Source: a virus. Taken from it: 41,348 bases of DNA. A program made the translations under genes and the position numbers. The stretch is taken from IMG/VR virus record IMGVR_UViG_3300048609_000070, one strand, 5' to 3'. Below are positions 35,101-41,348 of the stretch, one piece after another (position 1 is the stretch's first letter; each line of letters opens with the position of its first letter). The notes under the pieces are model-generated. The model had not been told where the DNA came from. It searched no databases and was given only the letters and a program-made list of their open reading frames with translations.

Positions 35101-35679
35101 AGAGTAGGCTTACAGCGTTTAGTCACAGAAGGAATGAAAGGATCCTATGGAGCTTCCCCTGTACGAACCTAAGCGAGAGCCTACTCTAGCCTGTGGAACT
35201 AACCTGTGCTAACCTTGTATGCCTTGCCTGCTACCCTACCGATGGCCGTAACTAACCTTCAACATCATCTTGCTACGGGCTTTCCATACGAGGGTGCACT
35301 TTCCATGAGACTAAACTTTAGCACTAACCTGTTAGCGTGAGACGGGTGCGTGCTACTCCGCGGAGCGGGTTGACCCTCCGGGCATGTCTATGGGGATCCC
35401 TCACACATGCTGTCCGCTGGCTGTACAGGCTATCTTGTTACATTCTGTGCGAGTAACCGCGCGTGGGGGGTCAGTTGCAGATAAACTTTAGAGTCATCCA
35501 TAGTTGTATTTTACAACTAAACTTCGATTAACGAGCCTATGTGCGCCCTTTGAAGCCCCCTCTCCCGAAAAATGTAGGCCATTTCCTGACGTTTGGTTTA
35601 GCTCAAACCGCGTATTGTTTAGTCTTTTGATTAGTTTTATCGGAACTAAACTAAAGTGTGTATCCCGCTGCACGGAGGT

Positions 35680-35910
35680 AACGCCGGGCGGTTGGCGCCC
35701 GGGCTCCCGGGCCAGCGTGGTCAACCCTCCGGCGCGCTGATCGGCGCAAGACGCGGGGCCTTCCCGCGCAGCACGCGGAGCTCCGCGCCGTCGCCTCCGG
35801 CGCTTGGATGCGCGTCTTGAGCGCTTAGGAGCCCACGCAAGCGCTATCGGCGCGCGGAGCCTTATCCGCGCTGGCCAGCGCATGCTCTCAGCGCCTGCAG
35901 GCTCCTCTGG
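35680..35910. other. isolated ~230-bp GC-rich island (>70% GC) with nested inverted repeats
   Basis: GCGCAAGACGCG...CGCGTCTTGAGCGC and GCGCTT-N12-AAGCGC inverted repeats. CGCCGGGCGG ... CTCCCGGGCC resembles the IS left-end motifs CGCCCGGGCGG ... AGCCCGGGCC at 19852-19900. Confidence 0.4.
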
Positions 35911-36239
35911 CTAATCTCGCTTTCCTTCCCTACTGAGAGGAGAGCAAGTTGCGAACCCTACGATTGCCAGACCCGTTACCAGACGAACGGAAAGGCCCCT
36001 TCCCTGCGTTCCAATGACTGGGGGGCCATCATGGTATTCCTTTGGGGGTCCAATCGATTCTAGGCCCCTTGGAACGCTCCACAGGGCCTATCGAGGAAAA
36101 CTTCAATGATTTCAAGGGTAGGATTTCCAATGATGTAGTAGCAGCTTTATCCCTGTATCAGGAGAGATACAGTCTACCTCTGAAAATTGGCCTAACATAC
36201 AAGCATTGTTTATGTTTATCTTTTTGTTCACATAACTGA

Positions 36240-37240
36240 TGTTATCGGACTTTGGACTAATGTTTAGTTATTCTCATTAGTTATCTTTGTGTAAGTTTCA
36301 GGATTTTGCTGTAGCTACGAAGAGACATCAATCGTACAGGAGTGCTTCATGGGATTCAGACCCCCATGCTTAGGTCCGGGAATGTTTAGTTATTTTTGGG
36401 GAGTGTAGTTTAGTTCCTGGAGGTGTTCCAGGGGTGGGATCCAAACCTCCCGGTTTAGTCTAGTGGATTTGCTATAGTTTAGTTAGTGCCGCATTAAAAT
36501 CCCTGCCTCTTGGGGAGGCTCCGCCCCCCAGGGTTACCCCCGCAGTATGGATGGATTAATTTTTAGATCTGTGTTTAGCATATATAGCTCCTATCCGCAT
36601 GCGAGAGTAGAAAGCAAGCAGACGGCATATTCCCCTTCGGACCTACCCGTTCGTCGCGCAAATAAAGTGACAAAAAATTTTGGGAATTTCTGGAAAAATC
36701 TTGTTTAGCTTATTAAGTTACATCCCTTTGCCGAGCCTATTGCCCTTTGTTCTTCCAAGCAGAAGAAATACCTCCTGCCTCCTCATGAGGCTGGGGTTAC
36801 CCCCACTTCTAGAAATTAATTTTTTGGAAACCTATGTTTAGCATATTCCTTCTTCTTCCGTTCCTTCTTATGGCTACACCCCTTTTTTCTTTCATGCCTT
36901 CTTCCTTCAGGTCTTTAGAGCTCTTTCTCCTTTTTTGGGTCTTTCCTTTGGTAGATCTTTAGTTTTTGGTTCTTTCCCTTTGTTCAGCTAATAAGTGTAC
37001 AAAAAATTTCGAAAAAATTGGGTAGAATCTTGTATAGTATATTTAGTACCATACTTTTTGGTAGGTGTTTCCTTCCTCGTAGTTTTTGGATGTCTCTCCT
37101 TGGAAATCAAGAAAGGGATTGTTTAGCTTTTCCTTCGTGTTTAGCTAATAAAGTTACAAAAAATTTTGGAAAACTGGAAGAAAACCTTGTATAGGTTATT
37201 TAGGTACACTTTCCTTAGAATTTATTTTTAAGGAGGAAAA
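36240..37240. repeat. iteron-like region: at least 10 copies of TGTTTAG(C/T)TA-type motifs, three copies of a ~70-bp repeat, two copies of a GGGGTTACCCCC module
   Basis: ~70-bp repeat (core TAATAA(A)GTKACAAAAAATTTYG...CTTGTWTA...TTTAG) at 36655-36725, 36982-37053, 37136-37208. Module GGGGTTACCCCC-N-ATTAATTTTT-N-TGTTTAGCATAT at 36527-36585 and 36794-36848. The strand here is pyrimidine-rich, the reverse of 34600-35100. Confidence 0.55.
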
Positions 37241-37348
37241 ATATAGTTTTTTTCAGAATCTGAGGGAAAAATTTGGGAGGCTGGTAGTGGGTGGGGCCGA
37301 GTTCCCGTAGGAGCTCGACTGCAGCCTGTCGAAGAGTCTTCGACGTGT

Positions 37349-37525
37349 CGCTCATGACACCCCCGAATTCGACACCGCCACAGCGGCGACCGCGTTAGCA
37401 ACGACTGTCATACGCAAAAACCCCGCGCCGTTCTGTCGAAGCCACTCTTTCCGCTCTCGGACCACAAAGTCGATGATGGTCAAGAGGCCATCATGCTCTT
37501 TCAGTGGAGCGTGAGCTTCCAGCAT
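37349..37525 (-). CDS. 58-aa ORF overlapping the hsdR stop (TAATG), at the GC/AT junction
   Basis: [20 protein letters not shown]...; followed by a 46-aa ORF (MSDTSKTLRQAAVELLRELG...) that runs into the AT-rich DNA and degenerates. Confidence 0.25.
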
Positions 37526-40500
37526 TAGCTCAACACTCCTTCCGCCATCAGTTCGGCCTGGCGGATCACCAACTGCGTTGCGGATTCCTGCGCATCGGGC
37601 GGATAGCCGTACTTCGTTAGCAAGCGGCGTACGGTCCGGCGCATGTCTGCTCGAACCGTCTCCCTTTGCGTCCAGTCCAGAGACGCCTTAGCCTTGATCC
37701 GATCAGCGAGTTCCCGAGCGATTAGCTTCAGCGTGTCGTCCTGCATCACATTGCGAGCTGATTCGTTGTCGGCGAGGGCGTCATAGAACGCGACCTCGTC
37801 TTCGCCGAGCCCAGACTCCTCGCCACGATGTACAGCCTCGCGGATCGCCCTGGCCAGACCGATTAGTTCCTCGATAACTTGCGCTGTCGTGAGAGCCCGG
37901 TTGGTGTAACGGGTGAGTGTTGCCTCCAACGATTCGCGGAAGCCTCGCGACTGTACGATATTGACTCGTTCCCGGCTACGTATCTGGTCGTTGAGAAGCT
38001 TTCGCAGTGTCTCAAGAGCAAGGTTTCTGTGCGGCAACGAAGCCAACCGTTCCAGGAAATCCTCGGACAGAATGCCAACGTTCTGTTCCGGCAATCCGGC
38101 AGCCTGGAAGAGGTCAATAACACCGTCCGAAGCGATCGCGCCCGAGATCACCTGCCGCACAGCCGCTCGTGAATCCGGCGGTGGCGGCGGGCCATCGTCC
38201 GCGAGCCGCTTGCGTATCGCCGCCCGCACGGACTGAAAGTACGCCAAGTCGTCTCGAATGACCTCGGTCTCTTTGCGCGGCACAGACAGTGCAAACGCCT
38301 TCGACAGGCCTGCGACCATTGTCATGAACCGCCGCTTGCCGTCCTCCTGCTGGAACACGTAGTCCGCACCGGCCGACACGGCGTGCAGTTGATCCGCCTC
38401 CATGCCTTTGAAAAACCCGCTGTAGTCGAAACTGTTGAAAAAGTCCTTGAGGACCTCGAATTGTCGCTCCATCAGCGGAACGGCTTCATCTTGAATCTTC
38501 TCGACGGGGTTACCCTCGCCGCCCGCTTGAGTGTATGTCTGCACTGCGTCACGGAGCTGATCGGCGATTCCGAGAAAATCGACCACGACGCCGCCGGGCT
38601 TCTCACCAAACACACGGTTCACACGGGCGATAGCCTGCATTAGGTTGTGGCCGGCAAGTGGCTTATCGAGATACATCGTGTGCATCGGTGGGCAGTCGAA
38701 TCCCGTCAGCCACATATCGCAGACGATCACGAGCCGCAGCTCATCCTCGGGGTCCTTGAACCGCCTTGCCAAGGCTTCCCGTCGAGCCTTCGTCCTGGCG
38801 TGCTGAGCGACGCGGTTCCCTTCGCCCGCTGAGCCGGTCATCACCACCTTGATGAACCCGGCATCGTCTTCGTCCGCGTGCCAATCCGGCCGGAGCGTCA
38901 CGATCTCATCGTACAGATCCATGCAGATGCCGCGACTCATGCACACTGCCATGGCCTTGCCCTCGATTACCTCCCGCCGCTTGACGAAGTGCTCGACGGC
39001 CTCTCTGGCCACCAGCTTGAGCCGCTCCTTTGCGCCGACGAGCTCTGCCAGCGGCACCTCGATGTCCGCCGGAATCTCGCGGCCTTCCTTCTCGGCCTCT
39101 GTGGCGGCGCTGAGTATCTGTTCGGCTTCAGCGATGCCAGCTTCGTCCGGCAGCAGCTTCACCAGCCGCATCTCGTAGTAGATCGGTACCGTCGCGTTGT
39201 CGTTTATGGCCTGGCGGATATCATATATGTCCGCGTAGTCGCCGAAGACGGCCGGCGTACTGCGGTCGTCACGTTCCAGCGGAGTGCCCGTGAAACCGAC
39301 GAAGGTCGCGTTCGGGATCGCGTCCCGCATCCATCGAGCGCCGCCGTCGAGGAACCCGTACTGGCTGCGATGAGCCTCGTCAGCCATGACCACGATGTTC
39401 GACCGCCCACTGACTGCCTCGCCGCGCTCCTTGAATTTCTGGATGGTCGTAAACACCACGCCCCCGGAGGCGCGTTGCAAACGAGAGGCGAGGTCGTCGC
39501 GGCTCGCGGCCTGCTCCGGTTCCTGGCGCAGTAGGGCCCGTCCCGCCGCGAAGGTGCCAAAGAGCTGGCCGTCAAGGTCGTTGCGGTCCGTCACAACGAC
39601 AACGGTCGGATTCGCCAGTTGATCGTCGCCGATCAACGACCCGGCCAACATCAACATGGTTAGGCTCTTGCCCGACCCCTGTGTATGCCAGATTACTCCG
39701 CCGCGACCGTCGCCCCCGCCGACCGGCGGCTTCAGTGCCGCCTTCACCGACGCCCGCGCATTGCGTACCGCCCGAAATTGGTGATACCCCGCTACCTTCT
39801 TGACTATTTCGCCGCTGCGGTCGTCCTCCTCAAACGTCACGCAGTGCCGCACGTAGTCCAGCAGCCGCGACGGATCGAGCAGCCCCTTGATGAGCACTTC
39901 CAGAACGGGCCGACCGGGCTCCCGATAGTCTTCGATGGATCGCCACGGCGAGAAGCGGTCCGAGCCAGCTGTCAGCGACCCAACCCGCGTAGTGTCACCG
40001 TCGCTGACCACCATCAATTCGTTGTAGACGAACAATGGTGAGATGTGCTGCTTGTAATCTTGAAGCTGGCGGTACGCCTTCCAGATATCTGCTTGCTCGT
40101 TGGTCGAGTCCTTCAGTTCGACCACCACCACCGGCAGACCGTTGAGGAACACGACGAGGTCCCCCCGACGCGTACTGTTGCCGCACTTGACCGTGAACTG
40201 GTTGACCGCCAGTAGGTCATTTCGCTCGGGCCGGGCGAAGTCCACCAGCCACGCCTTGTCGCCGCGAGTATCGCCAGCCTTTGTGCGGTACTCCACGTCG
40301 ATGCCGTCGGTCAGCAGGAGATGGAACCAACGGTTGTTTTGCGCAAGCGTTGGCTCGGGCGGGCGTGTGACAGCGCGCACAGCCTGCTCGATGGCATCTT
40401 CGGGTAGCTTCTCGTTGATTTTTCGTAACGACGCCCGCAGGCGCGGCTCCAAAACCACATGCTCGTGACTCTCCCTAAGCGGCGTCTCCGCACCGGGCGA

Positions 40501-40581
40501 GATATCGGCGCCCCGAGCGATGTCGAAACCGAGGAACTCGAACCAGGCGAGGGCAGCCTTTTCCACGATGTTTTCGTTCAT
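37525..40581 (-). CDS. hsdR: type I restriction-modification system R subunit (HsdR)
   Basis: HSDR_N-type N-terminus [19 protein letters not shown]. Helicase motifs GSGKS, DEAH box [19 protein letters not shown]. 1018 aa, about 63% GC. Confidence 0.9.
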   Translation of the reverse strand: MNENIVEKAALAWFEFLGFDIARGADISPGAETPLRESHEHVVLEPRLRASLRKINEKLPEDAIEQAVRAVTRPPEPTLAQNNRWFHLLLTDGIDVEYRTKAGDTRGDKAWLVDFARPERNDLLAVNQFTVKCGNSTRRGDLVVFLNGLPVVVVELKDSTNEQADIWKAYRQLQDYKQHISPLFVYNELMVVSDGDTTRVGSLTAGSDRFSPWRSIEDYREPGRPVLEVLIKGLLDPSRLLDYVRHCVTFEEDDRSGEIVKKVAGYHQFRAVRNARASVKAALKPPVGGGDGRGGVIWHTQGSGKSLTMLMLAGSLIGDDQLANPTVVVVTDRNDLDGQLFGTFAAGRALLRQEPEQAASRDDLASRLQRASGGVVFTTIQKFKERGEAVSGRSNIVVMADEAHRSQYGFLDGGARWMRDAIPNATFVGFTGTPLERDDRSTPAVFGDYADIYDIRQAINDNATVPIYYEMRLVKLLPDEAGIAEAEQILSAATEAEKEGREIPADIEVPLAELVGAKERLKLVAREAVEHFVKRREVIEGKAMAVCMSRGICMDLYDEIVTLRPDWHADEDDAGFIKVVMTGSAGEGNRVAQHARTKARREALARRFKDPEDELRLVIVCDMWLTGFDCPPMHTMYLDKPLAGHNLMQAIARVNRVFGEKPGGVVVDFLGIADQLRDAVQTYTQAGGEGNPVEKIQDEAVPLMERQFEVLKDFFNSFDYSGFFKGMEADQLHAVSAGADYVFQQEDGKRRFMTMVAGLSKAFALSVPRKETEVIRDDLAYFQSVRAAIRKRLADDGPPPPPDSRAAVRQVISGAIASDGVIDLFQAAGLPEQNVGILSEDFLERLASLPHRNLALETLRKLLNDQIRSRERVNIVQSRGFRESLEATLTRYTNRALTTAQVIEELIGLARAIREAVHRGEESGLGEDEVAFYDALADNESARNVMQDDTLKLIARELADRIKAKASLDWTQRETVRADMRRTVRRLLTKYGYPPDAQESATQLVIRQAELMAEGVLS

Positions 40582-41183
40582 TCAACGTTCTCCCCGGCCT
40601 CTGGCTCGTCAGCGCCCACTTCTTGTTCTTCCTTGAACTCGATCAACGCGGCCCGGTACGCCGAGAAATCCGTGCGGAACAGCGCCTCGCTAGCAATCAG
40701 CGAAACATTCAGCACTGCAAATGGCCCGTAGTCGTTATCGATATGTTCGTCGAAATCCGAGTGGACTCCGTACCGGAAGCGCGTCAGCGGATCACGTTGC
40801 GCTGAACTCAAGTGCGTCTTGAACAGCAAGCCAACAACCGCATCCGTTGCTCGCGCCAGAATTTCGGCGTAGCGCGCATCGAGAAGCGGCGAGTAGGCGT
40901 CCGCCCCATGGGCTGCAGAGCCGTGGGCATTCCGGATTTCGACCACCCCTTGGACAATCTGATTCAACCCGCGGACCAATGATTCAGCGCCGCCGCGCAA
41001 CTTAGCGTCAACACCTCCATCTTCAGTTAGCCCGAGATTGAGATACTTGAGCGCTTCGGAAACGAGCTTCGGTGCCTCCCATCCGGCATCTACCGGCACG
41101 CTGCGGTCCGCGAGGATGGTCTTACAGGTCGTCTCTATGATCGTTCTGCAAAACGAGACGACAACACCGGGCCGGGCCGGCAT
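40578..41183 (-). CDS. Abi_C-domain (abortive-infection C-terminal domain) protein embedded in the type I R-M operon
   Basis: Conserved [11 protein letters not shown] motif typical of Abi_C; ATGA overlap with the hsdR start. Confidence 0.65.
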   Translation of the reverse strand: MPARPGVVVSFCRTIIETTCKTILADRSVPVDAGWEAPKLVSEALKYLNLGLTEDGGVDAKLRGGAESLVRGLNQIVQGVVEIRNAHGSAAHGADAYSPLLDARYAEILARATDAVVGLLFKTHLSSAQRDPLTRFRYGVHSDFDEHIDNDYGPFAVLNVSLIASEALFRTDFSAYRAALIEFKEEQEVGADEPEAGENVE

Positions 41184-41207
41184 TGCCTCCTCTAGCGCCT
41201 CGACTTG

Positions 41208-41297
41208 CTAGCGGATTCGCAGTGATTCAGGGTGCGCATCCAGTAGTTCGCGGCATGCCGCAAGGAGCACGGGAGAACTAGTCGGGTTATCCGCCAT
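41208..41297 (-). pseudogene. in-frame 29-codon N-terminal extension of the Abi_C gene, separated from it by a single TAG
   Basis: ATG 41297 with RBS GAGGGGGT 6 nt upstream. Reads [46 protein letters not shown]... in the same frame as 40578-41183. Confidence 0.35.
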
Positions 41298-41348
41298 AGT
41301 TCACCCCCTCGTCCCTGGAGACTCGGAGCTCTCCTGACGTCAGTTTTG

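Noticed and set aside
34615-35107. Two low-complexity basic ORFs (98 and 110 aa) in the purine-rich array
   Set aside because: Their K/E/R/G/P-rich composition follows directly from the GGAAAGGAACC repeats and there is no RBS. I kept it only as an alternative hypothesis in the findings.
35680-35760. Possible RNase P RNA (GGTAACGCC and CCGGGCTCC segments)
   Set aside because: The conserved elements occur in the wrong order relative to bacterial RNase P RNA. The P4 ACAGNAA and GGAAAGUCCGG motifs are absent.
35494-35883. 129-aa ORF over the GC-rich island
   Set aside because: Poly-Arg/Ala translation typical of GC-rich noncoding DNA. I treated the region as a structured element instead.
36240-37240. 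CRISPR array
   Set aside because: The repeats are of several unrelated classes with irregular spacing of about 160-330 bp. There is no constant repeat-spacer periodicity and no cas genes.
37863-40186. Multiple 60-220-aa ORFs on both strands inside hsdR
   Set aside because: They are alternative-frame or antisense artefacts of the 63% GC hsdR coding region, which is intact over 1018 aa with all helicase motifs.

Overview
Most of the window (about 1-37,290) is an AT-rich, very gene-dense accessory region that looks like a mobile element (phage-like or plasmid/ICE-like). Its last 4 kb (about 37,300-41,348) is GC-rich, host-like DNA carrying a type I restriction R subunit (hsdR) and an Abi_C-domain gene. 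A short plus-strand block (238-5221) encodes a nucleotide-sugar dehydrogenase interrupted by a 178-aa mini-intein exactly at its catalytic cysteine, a YkgJ-type Cys-cluster protein, a tRNA-Asn(GTT) and a macro-domain protein. A roughly 29-kb minus-strand run (5266-33984) then holds about 70 small, translationally coupled genes with strong GGAGG ribosome-binding sites. These include a vWA/MIDAS protein, a DUF2786 protein, two more YkgJ paralogs, a wHTH-nucleotidyltransferase fusion, an MqsA-like Zn-ribbon/HTH protein next to an SNF2-helicase core and an ECF-type sigma factor, and many Zn-ribbon proteins. A GC-rich IS200/IS605-family element (IS1341-like, tnpB only; about 19,846-21,252) sits between a Shine-Dalgarno and the start codon of a resident gene. 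The most unusual feature is a roughly 3.4-kb protein-free region (34,100-37,520) made of several different repeat classes. It is a candidate origin/partition/regulatory hub or ncRNA locus. No CRISPR array, rRNA, integrase, capsid or terminase gene was recognised. All functional calls rest on motifs I could read in the translations; no database search was possible.
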